A stretch of DNA of 64,000 nucleotides from an uncultured Dehalococcoidaceae bacterium (GTDB lineage: Bacteria > Chloroflexota > Dehalococcoidia > Dehalococcoidales > RBG-16-60-22), in assembly GCA_964500415.1 (NCBI GenBank), contig CAZCOB010000001.1:136267-200266 (forward strand), given 5' to 3'. Position numbers and translations under genes: made by a program. Shown here in pieces: positions 45,143 through 56,820 of the stretch (the stretch's first letter is position 1; each line of letters starts with the position of its first letter). The notes below the pieces were generated by a model, which searched no databases, was not told the origin of the DNA, and saw only the letters and a program-made list of their open reading frames with translations.

Positions 45143-46196
45143 TTTGTTCCTCTCCGATTATTTTTACCAGTTGTCCGGTAGCTGCTTCGATGTCTTCGGC
45201 TCCCATTACGGCGCTGATTACGGCGGTGGCATCAGCCCCGGCCTTTAATACCTCGCGCAGGTTACTTTCATTAATACCACCAATCGCCACGATTGGCAAA
45301 TCCACCGCCTGCCGTATCTCTTTCAATCTCTCCGGCCCGACCACCTCGGCGGATTCCTTGGTGGCGGTGGCGTACATCGAGCCGACCCCTAGGTAGTCGG
45401 CGCCTTCGGTCCCGGCATTCCTGGCATCTTCCACGGTGCACGCCGAGCCGCCGAGTATTTTACCAATGGGCAACAAACGCCGCGCCGTGGCTAACGGCAT
45501 ATCATGTCGTCCCAGGTGCAGTCCGTCCGCATCGACTGCCAGTGCTACTTCGAAGCTGTCATTGACGATAAAAAGCACGTCGTGCTCCGCGCATATCTTT
45601 TTTAACGCTTCCGCGATGGCAATAAATTCCCCGGTGTCGTGCTCCTTATCCCTCAGCTGTATTACCCTCGCCCCTCCCCGGACTGCCTGAGCAGCTATTT
45701 CAGCGGGTCTTCTTCCTTTTAAAAATGCCGTATCTATGATTACATAGAGTCCGGTCAGTCGTTTTATTTTATCCTGCCGCAGCATCCCGGAAAGCAGTTC
45801 TTTTTCGATGGTATATATGGCGAACCGCGCCCGTTTGCATTTATCCGTGTCCAGCGTGACGCCCGGGGCTTTAGTCGTTTCTTCCATGACTCTCAGCGAT
45901 TCCTGCACCCGCCGGGCATTGGCGATGATAGCCTCCCGGACGTCGCGCTGCTTTTCCTGTCCCGCCGCTTCCATGTCGGCGCCGACGTCTCCCTCCGAAT
46001 CCCTGGCATCGACGAGTCTTTCCTGAAATTCCGAACCGACATTCAGGACATCGTGCCTCAGGTTTTTTAGCTGCTGCGTCAGGGGCGTGTCGTTCAGCGA
46101 GAAGCGCGCGTACTCTTCAAGAACACGCAGCCCTTCGCCGATGCGGTTCAAATTGGCATCGATAATGCGCAGGGTGTCTCTGTATACAGCTTTCAT
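45135..46196 (-). CDS. thiE: Thiamine-phosphate synthase with a ~150-aa N-terminal extension
   Basis: 353 aa. The C-terminal ~200 aa are ThiE-like (LYVIIDT..., IQLRDKE, VAIGGI). Confidence 0.8.
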   Translation of the reverse strand: MKAVYRDTLRIIDANLNRIGEGLRVLEEYARFSLNDTPLTQQLKNLRHDVLNVGSEFQERLVDARDSEGDVGADMEAAGQEKQRDVREAIIANARRVQESLRVMEETTKAPGVTLDTDKCKRARFAIYTIEKELLSGMLRQDKIKRLTGLYVIIDTAFLKGRRPAEIAAQAVRGGARVIQLRDKEHDTGEFIAIAEALKKICAEHDVLFIVNDSFEVALAVDADGLHLGRHDMPLATARRLLPIGKILGGSACTVEDARNAGTEGADYLGVGSMYATATKESAEVVGPERLKEIRQAVDLPIVAIGGINESNLREVLKAGADATAVISAVMGAEDIEAATGQLVKIIGEEQSE

Positions 46197-46254
46197 GGTT
46201 ATGTTACCCCGGTGGTTAATTCTAGCACAGCCTTGTCGGCGGGTAAAGAATACC

Positions 46255-46623
46255 TTAGCGCGTTTCTTCTACGGCGTTTTCGATGAGCTCGATGCGGGAT
46301 ATCCTGCCCCGGCTGTCCATCTCTATGGCGACAACATCGATACGCCAGATAGCGGGAAGGTTGCTGTGGTTCTGGCCGTAATGAGCGGCGACCGTTCTCA
46401 GTCTTTCCATTTTACCGGAGGTTATGGACTCTTCCGGAGTGCCGAACCGCCGGCTTTTCTTCGTCCGTACTTCGACAAAAACAAGCGTATCCTGCTGCTG
46501 TGCGATTATGTCAATTTCACCTCCAGGACAGCGATAGTTCGTCTCTATAATCCGGTAGCCGTTCTTGCCGAGGAAATCGCAGGCCAGCTTTTCACCGAGT
46601 ATGCCGGTCTCGCGTCGTTTCAT
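46255..46623 (-). CDS. yraN: YraN/UPF0102 family endonuclease-like protein
   Basis: GEIDIIAQQQDTLVFVEVRTKK motif. ATG 46623 overlaps the rnhB stop (ATGA); the track's longer start is rejected. Confidence 0.8.
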   Translation of the reverse strand: MKRRETGILGEKLACDFLGKNGYRIIETNYRCPGGEIDIIAQQQDTLVFVEVRTKKSRRFGTPEESITSGKMERLRTVAAHYGQNHSNLPAIWRIDVVAIEMDSRGRISRIELIENAVEETR

Positions 46624-47267
46624 ACTCCCTGTCCCACTAACACGCTTACCGGGCGGAAGGACCGGCGGTGCAGCCGGCACGGCCCTATTTTCCGCAGGCA
46701 GTCGAGGTGTTCCCTGGTGCCGTAGCCCTTGTGCCCGGCGAAACCGTAGCCCGGGTATTCGCCGTCCATCTCCACCACCATGCGGTCGCGGGTAACCTTG
46801 GCGATAATCGAGGCGCAGGCAATCGAGAAACAGATGCCGTCGCCGTTGACGATTCCTTTTTGAGGCATCGATATCTCCGGAATTCGGAAGTAATCGATTA
46901 GGAGGTATTGCGGCTCCGGCGTCAATTTTTGGATTGCAGATATCATAGCGAGTCGTGTGGCCCGCGCTATCCCTATCGAATCGATTATTTCGTTCGATTG
47001 AACGCCTACTCCTACTGAAATAGCTGCTTCGCGGATATTATCGTGGAGGTTTTCTCGGTCGGACGGTTTTAGCTGCTTGCTGTCTCTGACTTTAGAGCGC
47101 CAGTGCGCCTTGAAATTGGATGGTAAAATAACGGCCGCGGCCACTACCGGCCCCATCAAAGCCCCCCGCCCCACCTCATCCACCCCGGCGATGAAGAGGT
47201 AGCCCTGGGACCTGAGTAACTTCTCCTCGGCGAACGACGGCTTCCGGCGGGTATTTATCAAATTCAC
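46620..47267 (-). CDS. rnhB: Ribonuclease HII
   Basis: GVDEVGRGALMGPVV and SIACASIIAKVTRD motifs. GTG 47267 (GAGGGAGA upstream) preferred; the track's N-terminal 22 aa translate a REP element. Confidence 0.85.
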   Translation of the reverse strand: MNLINTRRKPSFAEEKLLRSQGYLFIAGVDEVGRGALMGPVVAAAVILPSNFKAHWRSKVRDSKQLKPSDRENLHDNIREAAISVGVGVQSNEIIDSIGIARATRLAMISAIQKLTPEPQYLLIDYFRIPEISMPQKGIVNGDGICFSIACASIIAKVTRDRMVVEMDGEYPGYGFAGHKGYGTREHLDCLRKIGPCRLHRRSFRPVSVLVGQGV

Positions 47268-47279
47268 TCTCCCTCGCCT

Positions 47280-47304
47280 GTCATTCCCGCGCAAGCGGGA
47301 ATCC
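47280..47304. repeat. GTCATTCC...GGAATCC palindromic element
   Basis: GTCATTCCCGCGCAAGCGGGAATCC, a perfect CCCGC/GCGGG stem, between tmk and rnhB. Confidence 0.6.
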
Positions 47305-47334
47305 AGACAAGACCGCCCCACTCCTGAACTCACC

Positions 47335-47952
47335 TTATCCTGGAATTAATTTACTCATCCTCTGCCAGATTATCCCGGCTATTATCTCTTTACTTAATGT
47401 CGCATCTACCACGAGCCAGCGTTCCGGTTCTTGCCCGGCCAGCTTCAAGTAGCCTTTCCTGACCCGCCGGTGAAATTTTACGGATTCGACTTCAAAACGG
47501 TCTTTATTTTTCTCATTCTTTCGCGCCAGCCCTGCTTCCACCGGCATGTCCAGTAAAACGGTTAAATCGGGCACCAGCCCCCGTGTTCCCACCCGGTTGA
47601 CTGCCATTACCGTCTCCAGGTCCAGCCCGCGTCCGTAGCCCTGGTAAGCCGTGGTGGAGTCGGCGTAGCGGTCGCAGACAACAATCGTCCCTTTATTTAA
47701 AGCAGGACGGATTACTTCCTCGACCAGTTGGGCGCGGGAGGTGTTGAAGAGCAGCAGTTCGGCAACCGGAGAGATAGCGACGTTATCCGTCCATTTAAGC
47801 ATGCGTGAAACTCTTTTACCTAAAGCGGTAACGCCCGGCTCGTGAACGAGCAATACCGGAATCACTAATTTCGACAGCCGACGGTACAGCCGCCGCGACT
47901 GTACGCTCTTGCCGCATCCCTCGCCCCCCTCAAAGGTAATGAAAAGGGACAT
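47335..47952 (-). CDS. tmk: Thymidylate kinase
   Basis: 205 aa. FITFEGGEGCGKS P-loop, DRY motif. Confidence 0.9.
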   Translation of the reverse strand: MSLFITFEGGEGCGKSVQSRRLYRRLSKLVIPVLLVHEPGVTALGKRVSRMLKWTDNVAISPVAELLLFNTSRAQLVEEVIRPALNKGTIVVCDRYADSTTAYQGYGRGLDLETVMAVNRVGTRGLVPDLTVLLDMPVEAGLARKNEKNKDRFEVESVKFHRRVRKGYLKLAGQEPERWLVVDATLSKEIIAGIIWQRMSKLIPG

Positions 47953-47969
47953 ATTTACCTTCCTGTTAT

Positions 47970-49490
47970 TTATCCCGGTTGCTCTTTATATATTCTTACC
48001 CGCCGGTTGGGGTCTTTGCCGGAGCTGTGTGAAGGCAGGTCGCTACGCTGGGCAATCAGGTGTTGCAAACGGCGGATATAAGAGCTCTGCGGACCGAGTT
48101 CCACCGCTTCCGTACCCTCTTTCACCTGCTCCACGGCCTCCTCGGCCTCATCGAGGGCGTCTCGAAACATGCCGGACTTATCGTTGTTTTTCAGGTGGTA
48201 AAGATTCCCCAGGAGTTGCCGCATCTGGGGTGGGGTATTACTCCGGAGAACGTAAACGGGCAGGTGGGCGCTTTCGGCGTCCCTGACCTTCTGTGGCCGC
48301 CTCCGGTAATAGTGCTTGGAGGTCACGAAAATGCTGGCCTCGACTAGGTTGTCAACGATATCCAGGTCGATGTGTAGCTCGCGGCCCGCCTGTAGTATCC
48401 TGGAGCGGTTCACCCCGAAGAGGTATATTTTCGGCGACCTGGCTTCCTTCTCAGCCCGTTTGCTCTTTGCGGTTTTAGCCTTTTCTATCTCCGCCTTCTC
48501 GACTTTCACCTCCCCATCCTCGTCCAGCCAGCGTACCTCGGTGCTGGGCGGCGAACCACGCAGCAGCGCGTCGATGGCCTCCCCGACATCCGGGTGGATG
48601 GCCACCCTGTCCCGCTCCTGAATCTCGACCACGATATCGAAGGTCGGCGGCGATTTCCTTTCCAGTATCGACTTCTGCGTGCCCCGCCGCCTCGCCTCCT
48701 CGTCCCCTAAGGTCACGGACTGTATCCCGCCGATAAGATCGGCCAGAGTCGGATTCATCATCAGGTTATCGAGGGTATTGCCGTGCGCCGTGCCGACCAG
48801 CTGGACGCCCCGCTCGGCTATGGTGCGGGCGGCCATGGCCTCCAGCTCGGTCCCAATCTCGTCGATAACTATTACCTCGGGCATGTGGTTCTCGACAGCC
48901 TCAATCATGACGGCGTGTTGCAGGGACGGCGTAGCTACCTGCATTCTGCGGGCGTGCCCTATGGCCGGATGGGGTATATCGCCGTCGCCGGCTATTTCGT
49001 TGGAAGTATCCACGATGATAACCCGTTTATCCGCATCATCGGCCAGCACCCGGGCTACCTCCCGCAACATGGTCGTCTTGCCGACGCCCGGCCTGCCCAG
49101 CAGCAGGACGCTCTTCCCGGACTGCACCAAGTCTTCAATGACTTCTATGGTGCCGTAAACGGCCCGTCCCACCCGGCAGGTCAACCCGACGATGCGACCG
49201 CGCCGATTGCGAATAGCGGAGATGCGGTGCAGTGTTCTCTCGATGCCGGCGCGGTTGTCCTCGCCGAAGCTACCGATACGCGCCACCACAAAGTCGATAT
49301 CCGCTTCCTCGATTTCCTTGTCATTCAGGGCTACTTCACGCCTGGTCAAACGCGCCTCCGGCGTGCGTCCCAGGTCCAGCACCACTTCCAGTAATTCTTT
49401 GATATCCTTCTGCTGTAACAGAGGCTTTTTTATGTGAGGCGGTATAATATCCAGCAAGGCATCCATATCATCGGTTATTATTTTCTGCAC
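47970..49490 (-). CDS. Ycf45/SpoIIIAA-like AAA ATPase with C-terminal R3H-like domain
   Basis: 506 aa. [12 protein letters not shown] Walker A, VIVIDEIG Walker B; C-terminal [10 protein letters not shown]...RVRIY is R3H-like. Confidence 0.7.
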   Translation of the reverse strand: MQKIITDDMDALLDIIPPHIKKPLLQQKDIKELLEVVLDLGRTPEARLTRREVALNDKEIEEADIDFVVARIGSFGEDNRAGIERTLHRISAIRNRRGRIVGLTCRVGRAVYGTIEVIEDLVQSGKSVLLLGRPGVGKTTMLREVARVLADDADKRVIIVDTSNEIAGDGDIPHPAIGHARRMQVATPSLQHAVMIEAVENHMPEVIVIDEIGTELEAMAARTIAERGVQLVGTAHGNTLDNLMMNPTLADLIGGIQSVTLGDEEARRRGTQKSILERKSPPTFDIVVEIQERDRVAIHPDVGEAIDALLRGSPPSTEVRWLDEDGEVKVEKAEIEKAKTAKSKRAEKEARSPKIYLFGVNRSRILQAGRELHIDLDIVDNLVEASIFVTSKHYYRRRPQKVRDAESAHLPVYVLRSNTPPQMRQLLGNLYHLKNNDKSGMFRDALDEAEEAVEQVKEGTEAVELGPQSSYIRRLQHLIAQRSDLPSHSSGKDPNRRVRIYKEQPG

Positions 49491-49504
49491 AACCCTTCCC
49501 CCGA

Positions 49505-50089
49505 TTATTGTTGAGCCTTTCCGGATACGATATCCAGGAAATAGCGATGAAACCTCAGGTCGTCGGTCAGCTCCGGATGGAACGCCGTGACCAGCAGTTT
49601 CCCCTGCCTGGCAGCTACGATGGTGTTGTCTGCCAGGCGCGCTAGGACGTCCACGCCGTTCCCGCAGCGTTCGATTAACGGCGCCCGGATGAATACCGCC
49701 GGATAAAGTTTATCACCCAGAACGGGTATTTTCAGTTCCGTTTCAAAGCTGTCAACCTGCCGCCCGAAAGCATTGCGTTTGACTTTAATGTCCATCAGCC
49801 CGAGCGAGTGTGTGCTGTTACTTGAAATATCCTTGGCCATAAGTATCATGCCGGCGCAGGTGCCGAACAGTGGCATACTCCCCCTGGCTACGGCGGCTAT
49901 TTCATCCATCAGTTTATAAGAAGACATCAAACGGCTTATAGCCGTGCTCTCTCCGCCCGGAATGATTAGCCCGTCCACTCCCCGGAGTTCCCCGGGTAAA
50001 CGGACGGGCACGGCCTCTGTATCCAGTTTTTTTAATGTCGCTATATGCTCGGCGAAGGCTCCCTGCGAAGCAAGGACACCGATTTTCAT
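49505..50089 (-). CDS. pdxT: Pyridoxal 5'-phosphate synthase glutaminase subunit
   Basis: [12 protein letters not shown]..., GTCAGMI catalytic Cys, FHPE. The upstream extension in the track overlaps pdxS and is rejected. Confidence 0.9.
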   Translation of the reverse strand: MKIGVLASQGAFAEHIATLKKLDTEAVPVRLPGELRGVDGLIIPGGESTAISRLMSSYKLMDEIAAVARGSMPLFGTCAGMILMAKDISSNSTHSLGLMDIKVKRNAFGRQVDSFETELKIPVLGDKLYPAVFIRAPLIERCGNGVDVLARLADNTIVAARQGKLLVTAFHPELTDDLRFHRYFLDIVSGKAQQ

Positions 50090-50120
50090 ATGTTCATCCT
50101 TCCCCTGGTCGTTTCGGTTT

Positions 50121-51002
50121 TTACCACCCTCGCTGTGCCAGCAGTTCCTCGGAAGGGATTTGCTTGATATCCAGTCCTGCCATGGCGTCCCCGAGGTTCT
50201 TGGATACCTCGGCGATAATAGCCGCGTCGCGGTAGTGGGTGGTAGCCTTGACGATTGCCTTGGCCCTGACCTCCGGATTGCTCGACTTGAATATCCCCGA
50301 GCCGACGAAGACGCCCTCGGCACCTAACTGCATCATCAGGGCGGCGTCTGCCGGCGTGGCTATGCCGCCTGCGGCGAAATTTACCACCGGCAGTTTCCCC
50401 AGTTGCTTTACTTCCTTCACCAGCTCTACGGGTACGCGGTATTCCGCCGCCAGTTTTTTGAGTTCTGTTTCGGAAGCGTTCACCACCTGTTGAATGCCCT
50501 CCATGAGGGCTCTCATGTGCCTTACCGCCTCGACGATGTTACCCGTGCCGGCCTCTCCCTTGGTCCTTATCATCGCTGCGCCTTCGTGGAGACGCCGCAA
50601 AGCCTCGCCCAGCTCGCGGCAGCCGCAAACGAACGGCACCTTGAAGTCGTGCTTCCAGACATGGTATTTCTCGTCGGCCGGCGTCAGAACCTCGGACTCG
50701 TCTATGTAGTCGACCCCCATTGCTTCCAGGACCTGCGCTTCGACAAAATGGCCGATACGGCACTTGGCCATGACAGGTACGGTAACTGCCTTCATAATGG
50801 CCTCGATAACCGTCGGGTCGGCCATTCTTGCCACGCCGCCGGCAGCCCGGATATCTGACGGCACCCTCTCCAGCGCCATCACCGCGCAGCCGCCGGCTTC
50901 CTCGGCGATTTTAGCATGCTCCGCCGTGACCACGTCCATGATAACGCCGCCTTTCAGCATCTGCGCCAGTCCCGTTTTTACCTTCCACGTCCCGGTTTCC
51001 AT
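50121..51002 (-). CDS. pdxS: Pyridoxal 5'-phosphate synthase lyase subunit
   Basis: 293 aa. [17 protein letters not shown], highly conserved PdxS pattern. Confidence 0.95.
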   Translation of the reverse strand: METGTWKVKTGLAQMLKGGVIMDVVTAEHAKIAEEAGGCAVMALERVPSDIRAAGGVARMADPTVIEAIMKAVTVPVMAKCRIGHFVEAQVLEAMGVDYIDESEVLTPADEKYHVWKHDFKVPFVCGCRELGEALRRLHEGAAMIRTKGEAGTGNIVEAVRHMRALMEGIQQVVNASETELKKLAAEYRVPVELVKEVKQLGKLPVVNFAAGGIATPADAALMMQLGAEGVFVGSGIFKSSNPEVRAKAIVKATTHYRDAAIIAEVSKNLGDAMAGLDIKQIPSEELLAQRGW

Positions 51003-51138
51003 TTTCCGCCTCCTCCTGGTTTTCTCAGGTTGTTAATATAATTCTACTACTGTTAGCTGGGCTTAGCAATACATTTAATCGGCTGCTACCAACAAATCGT
51101 TGACTCTCAACGTAGAATATGCTAAAACATGACAGGCT

Positions 51139-51408
51139 ATGGAATATTTATCTTTCATCCTGCTGATTCTTTTTCTGGTCTTTGTGCTCATTTTAATTAC
51201 CAGGATTGAAAAAGGAACGAAGAACAGGTGGCGGAAAACCGCCTACGGCCTTCTGGAAATGAAAACCCCCACCGCAGAGGAAATTTTAAAAACTATAAAA
51301 CACCTGCGCTTGTATGGCGGCAGATTGCGCCGCGACAAGGAATTCAAACAGCTTATTATGCGCTTGCAGGATAAGCTTAACGCAATGGATGATACGTCTA
51401 ACCCCTAA
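51139..51408 (+). CDS. Small single-TM hypothetical protein
   Basis: 89 aa. N-terminal hydrophobic helix then a basic soluble tail; no recognisable family. Confidence 0.4.
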   Translation: MEYLSFILLILFLVFVLILITRIEKGTKNRWRKTAYGLLEMKTPTAEEILKTIKHLRLYGGRLRRDKEFKQLIMRLQDKLNAMDDTSNP

Positions 51409-51426
51409 AGCGGCCTTGCCTCAAAT

Positions 51427-51460
51427 GTCATTCTGAAGGAGCGGAGCGACTGAAGAATCT
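51427..51460. repeat. GTCATTCT...GAATCT palindromic element
   Basis: GTCATTCTGAAGGAGCGGAGCGACTGAAGAATCT, between convergent genes; further hairpins follow to ~51540. Confidence 0.55.
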
Positions 51461-51546
51461 CGTCATTCGGTTGTGTACGAGACCCTTCACAGAGTGTATC
51501 CTGAGTGTAACCGAAGGGCTCAGTGTGAAATTTAGGGCAAAGCCCC

Positions 51547-52287
51547 CTAAAGGGGAGAGATAATCGGCCTTTTGGCCGGTATGCCGGGACGGCGCGGGTA
51601 TCCCGCCGGCGACGATTTTACCTTATCGATTATCACCAGACAGCGGTTATCCTCCGGTTCTTCCAGTATAATCGACTTCACTTCCTGCATTTGCCCCCCG
51701 AGCACGTCGACAGCTTTACGTGAACGCTCGATTTCTCTCCGGATATCCCCCTTCTTCAGGGCGATAAAGCGTCCGCCCACCGCGCAGAATGGCAAAGCCA
51801 GCTCCACCAGCGCAGGCAGGGTCGCCACGGCGCGCGACAGCGCCAGGTCGAAATACTCTCTGTATTTGGCGTCGTGGGCGATATCCTCCGCCCTGCCGCT
51901 GACGACTTCCACGTTATCAAGTCCCATTTTATCAATAACGTATCGTAGGAATTTCGTCTTCTTAACGGTGGCCTCGAGCAATACCAGCCTGATATCCGGC
52001 CGGATAATTTTCAGGGGTATTCCGGGCATCCCGGCGCCGGTGCCGACATCGATTACTTTAAGGTTTTGCCTTTTATCAGGCGTCCCGATGGCCGGGATTA
52101 CCGTCAGGGAATCGAGGAAATGCTTTACCTGCACCTCCTCATAGTCAACGATGCTGGTGAGGTTCATGCGCTGATTCCATTCCACGAGCTCCCGGTAATA
52201 AACCTCGAACTGCTCAAGCTGCTTTGTATTGAGTTCGATTTCTAATTTCCGCGCGCCGGACTGTAGCCTTTTCATTTTTACATCCAA
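51547..52287 (-). CDS. rsmG: 16S rRNA (guanine527-N7)-methyltransferase
   Basis: 246 aa. VIDVGTGAGMPGIPL SAM motif, GidB pattern. Confidence 0.85.
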   Translation of the reverse strand: MDVKMKRLQSGARKLEIELNTKQLEQFEVYYRELVEWNQRMNLTSIVDYEEVQVKHFLDSLTVIPAIGTPDKRQNLKVIDVGTGAGMPGIPLKIIRPDIRLVLLEATVKKTKFLRYVIDKMGLDNVEVVSGRAEDIAHDAKYREYFDLALSRAVATLPALVELALPFCAVGGRFIALKKGDIRREIERSRKAVDVLGGQMQEVKSIILEEPEDNRCLVIIDKVKSSPAGYPRRPGIPAKRPIISPL

Positions 52288-52557
52288 TTATATCACTTTC
52301 ATCTTAATCGCAGAATATAATATCTAACGCGACAAAACCCCACTTTTTCAAATAATTGTTTTCCCAGAACAATTCACCCTGTAAAAAGTCAACCCTTCCA
52401 TGTCGCCGTTTCCCCCTTAATTGTTTGCCCCCTCCGGCACTCCGATAACCCCACTTACCATAACCCGAAAAACAACTCAAACGTATTCTCCCCTTCCCAC
52501 GATGGAATTGTTTCCCCTCAAAAAGTTCAGGGTTGTTCTTTTCCTTAACATAAGCTA

Positions 52558-52586
52558 TTGTCGCCCCCTCTTGTATATGCTATACT
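52558..52586 (+). promoter_or_regulatory. Putative rpsB promoter
   Basis: TTGTCG (52558-63), 17-nt spacer, TATACT (52581-86). Confidence 0.4.
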
Positions 52587-52644
52587 GTTTAAAGACCTGA
52601 ATCCTGAATACTTATGATTAATATACCAAGGGAGGTCAACTAAC

Positions 52645-53427
52645 TTGCCAGATACAGCAACCATTAAACAGCTCCTCGAAGCCGGTGCGCACTTCGGACA
52701 TCAGACGGGTCGCTGGAACCCGCGGATGAAAAATTACATCTTCACCAAGCGTAACGGCATCCACATCATCGACCTTGAAAAAACCGCCGTCATGCTGGAT
52801 AAAGCCTGCGAGTTCATCAAGAATGTAATCGCCGGCGGTGAGTCCATCCTCCTAGTCGGTACCAAGAAACAAGCGCAGGAATCCGTGCAGGAAGAGGCGG
52901 AACGCTGCGGCGTGTATTACGTCAATCAGCGCTGGCTGGGAGGCATGCTCACCAACTTCGCCACGATTCAGGCGCGTATCGACCAGCTCGTACGCCTTGA
53001 AGACCAGATGGCCCGGGGTGAACTGGGGCGGCTTACCAAGAAAGAGGTTCTCAACATCAGCGAAAAAATCGAGCGTCTCAACAAGCAAATGGGCGGCTTT
53101 AAAGAGATGACAGTCTTACCGGGTGCCATCTTCATTATCGATCCCACTAAGGAAAGGATTGCTCTCGCTGAGACTAAACGCATGGGCATACCGGTGGTCG
53201 CCATTGTGGATACCAACTGCAACCCTGACGAAATAGACTATCCCATTCCTGCTAACGATGACGCTATCCGTGCCATCAAGCTTATCTGTACTAAAATCGC
53301 GGATGCTGTCCTCGAAGGCAAGATAAGTGTATCAACCGCTGTAACATCTGATGTAATCGAGGAGAAAGAAGGAGAACCAGCCATAGAGTCTACCGAACCG
53401 TTGATATTCACACCTGATGAGGAATAA
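52645..53427 (+). CDS. rpsB: 30S ribosomal protein S2
   Basis: 260 aa, TTG start after [23 protein letters not shown]. Confidence 0.95.
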   Translation: MPDTATIKQLLEAGAHFGHQTGRWNPRMKNYIFTKRNGIHIIDLEKTAVMLDKACEFIKNVIAGGESILLVGTKKQAQESVQEEAERCGVYYVNQRWLGGMLTNFATIQARIDQLVRLEDQMARGELGRLTKKEVLNISEKIERLNKQMGGFKEMTVLPGAIFIIDPTKERIALAETKRMGIPVVAIVDTNCNPDEIDYPIPANDDAIRAIKLICTKIADAVLEGKISVSTAVTSDVIEEKEGEPAIESTEPLIFTPDEE

Positions 53428-53437
53428 GGAGGACTAT

Positions 53438-54677
<1,240 letters not shown>

Positions 54678-54678
54678 T

Positions 54679-55236
54679 ATGGTTAACGATACTTTAAAGA
54701 GCACGGAAGATAAAATGAAAGCCTCGATAAAGGTATTCCACGCGGACCTGGCTACCATCCGAACAGGGCATGCTATGCCCGCCCTTATCGAGCATATTAA
54801 AGTGGAATATGCTGGCGTTCCCACTCCGCTAAATCAGATCGCAGGTATTTCGGCGCCTGAGGCGGGATTGCTGGTTATCCAGCCATGGGATAAAAGCAGT
54901 GTCAGTAGCATTGAGAAAGCAATATTAAAATCGGAACTCGGCTTAAATCCATCCAACGATGGTAATGTTATCAGGATAGCTATCCCACCGCTCAGCGAAG
55001 AGCGACGTCAGGAACTGATTAAGGTGGTGCACCGGAGGATTGAAGAAAGACGGGTAGCAATACGCAGCCTGCGACACGACACTATGAATGATTTAAAAAA
55101 GATGGAAAAGGACAAGGAAATATCGCAGGACGAGCATAAGCGTGCCCAGGACCAGTTGCAGAAAATCACCGATGTTTTCATGGCTGAAATAGAGATGCTC
55201 GGTAAGGATAAGGAACAGGAACTACAGGAAGTCTAG
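54679..55236 (+). CDS. frr: Ribosome recycling factor
   Basis: ATG 54679, just after the pyrH stop. IRTGHAMPALIEHIKVEYAG, PPLSEERR. Confidence 0.95.
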   Translation: MVNDTLKSTEDKMKASIKVFHADLATIRTGHAMPALIEHIKVEYAGVPTPLNQIAGISAPEAGLLVIQPWDKSSVSSIEKAILKSELGLNPSNDGNVIRIAIPPLSEERRQELIKVVHRRIEERRVAIRSLRHDTMNDLKKMEKDKEISQDEHKRAQDQLQKITDVFMAEIEMLGKDKEQELQEV

Positions 55237-55298
55237 TAAGGATAATTTGTGACTGTTCAGAAAAAGTACTTGACCTGTTATTGGTTTCCTCAACGAAT

Positions 55299-55997
55299 AT
55301 GGAGAGTATTACCAGTCTTCCCCGTCATGTAGCCCTTATAATGGATGGCAACGGCAGGTGGGCCGAGAAACGCGGAATACCGCGCCTTGAGGGACATCGG
55401 GCTGGAGTAAAGAACGTCCGCCCTGTTATCAAATCTCTTAACAATCATAACATTGAGTACGTTACCCTTTACGCTTTTTCTACCGAAAACTGGAGTCGCC
55501 CCGAAGAGGAGGTTGACGGCCTTTTCCACCTGCTGGAAAACATCATCGATAAAGAGGCGCGTGAGCTCCATAAGAACAACATAAGAATCCGTCACATAGG
55601 TAGTCTTGATGGGTTGTCTCAGGAGCTTCAGAAATCTATAAAAAGAGCCATTAACCTGACTGCTAAAAACGACGGTATGACACTCGGCGTAGCGTTGAAC
55701 TACGGAGGGCGCGAGGAAATACTGAATGCGATACGAATTATTGTTGAAAACAAGGTGCCCCCTCAAAATATAGATGAAATGCTTTTCAGTAGGCACCTCT
55801 ATGCTGCGGACTTTCCCGACGTCGACCTGGTAATTCGCACGGGCGGTGAAATCCGTACCAGCAACTTCCTTATCTGGCAGACAGCCTACAGCGAATATTA
55901 CTTCACCCCGGTCTTCTGGCCGGACTTTAATGAAGAGAAACTGGAGAAGGCCCTGGCAACCTATGGCCGAAGGCAAAGGCGCTTCGGCGGGTTATAA
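55299..55997 (+). CDS. uppS: Isoprenyl (undecaprenyl) diphosphate synthase
   Basis: HVALIMDGNGRWA, FSTENWSRP. The start could also be TTG 55281. Confidence 0.9.
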   Translation: MESITSLPRHVALIMDGNGRWAEKRGIPRLEGHRAGVKNVRPVIKSLNNHNIEYVTLYAFSTENWSRPEEEVDGLFHLLENIIDKEARELHKNNIRIRHIGSLDGLSQELQKSIKRAINLTAKNDGMTLGVALNYGGREEILNAIRIIVENKVPPQNIDEMLFSRHLYAADFPDVDLVIRTGGEIRTSNFLIWQTAYSEYYFTPVFWPDFNEEKLEKALATYGRRQRRFGGL

Positions 55998-56008
55998 TCG
56001 AAGGCGAT

Positions 56009-56809
56009 ATGCTCGGGAAAAGAGTACTAACAGCACTTTGGGGCATTCCTCTCCTTGTTGTTGCCATCTGGTTCGATGAGCCCTTGCCGTGGTTCAGCAT
56101 ACTTGCCGCCGTCTGGGGACTGCTGGCTTTCCTGGAATTCAACAGAATGGCGGGCGCGGCTAAAATCGTGCCGCTTACCGTCTTCGGCGCGGTCTGGACG
56201 GTGCTGTTTGTCCTGTATCCCCACTGCACTTATGATTATGTCGTCCCTTCTTTGCTGACTTCGGCGCTGGTAATTTCGTTGATAATGCTTGTTTTTCTCC
56301 GGCACAGGGAGGGCGCTTTCACCGGCTGGTCATGGATGATGGCAGGCATTCTTTACGTGGGCTGGCTGCTCAGCTACCTGGTGGCCCTGAGACTTGACGC
56401 CGGGCGGGAATGGCTGTACCTGGCGATTTTCGCCACCTTCGGTTCGGATACCGCCGCTTACTTTATTGGCAGGGCATGGGGCAGGCACAAGCTGACGCCG
56501 CGCATCAGTCCTGGCAAGACCTGGGAGGGGGCCGTCGCCGGGATATTCGGGGGGGTGATTATCAGCCTGCTTTTCACGCTGGACACGCCCCTCCAGCTTC
56601 CCCTGAACTACTGGCAGGCGATAATGCTGGGGGTACTCATCAGCGTCTTCGGGCAGATTGGCGACCTGGTGGAATCATTGCTGAAACGGAGCTCCGGCGT
56701 GAAGGAATCCGGGAGCTCGATGCCGGGTCACGGCGGGCTGCTGGACCGGATGGATAGCGTCGTGTTTGCGGGCGTGGTGGTTTACCTGTACTATATCGCG
56801 GTGGGCTAG
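56009..56809 (+). CDS. cdsA: Phosphatidate cytidylyltransferase
   Basis: 266 aa polytopic. SxxKRxxxxKDxGxxxPGHGGxxDRxD-type tail (LLKRSSGVKESGSSMPGHGGLLDRMDS). Confidence 0.85.
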   Translation: MLGKRVLTALWGIPLLVVAIWFDEPLPWFSILAAVWGLLAFLEFNRMAGAAKIVPLTVFGAVWTVLFVLYPHCTYDYVVPSLLTSALVISLIMLVFLRHREGAFTGWSWMMAGILYVGWLLSYLVALRLDAGREWLYLAIFATFGSDTAAYFIGRAWGRHKLTPRISPGKTWEGAVAGIFGGVIISLLFTLDTPLQLPLNYWQAIMLGVLISVFGQIGDLVESLLKRSSGVKESGSSMPGHGGLLDRMDSVVFAGVVVYLYYIAVG

Positions 56810-56820
56810 GCGGTCTAATA

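Noticed and set aside
46087-46725. 212-aa plus-strand ORF spanning the thiE start, the intergenic gap and yraN.
   Set aside because: It is antisense to two recognisable genes and its translation has no family features.
50090-50323. 78-aa N-terminal extension of pdxT in the ORF track, overlapping pdxS.
   Set aside because: The extension is Arg/Ser/Pro-rich and overlaps the conserved pdxS C-terminus in another frame. [12 protein letters not shown] at 50089 is the canonical PdxT start.
52288-52644. Replication origin next to rsmG (gidB).
   Set aside because: I found no TTATCCACA-type DnaA boxes, dnaA and dnaN are not nearby, and there is no obvious AT-rich unwinding element. The region is kept only as a repeat-motif observation.
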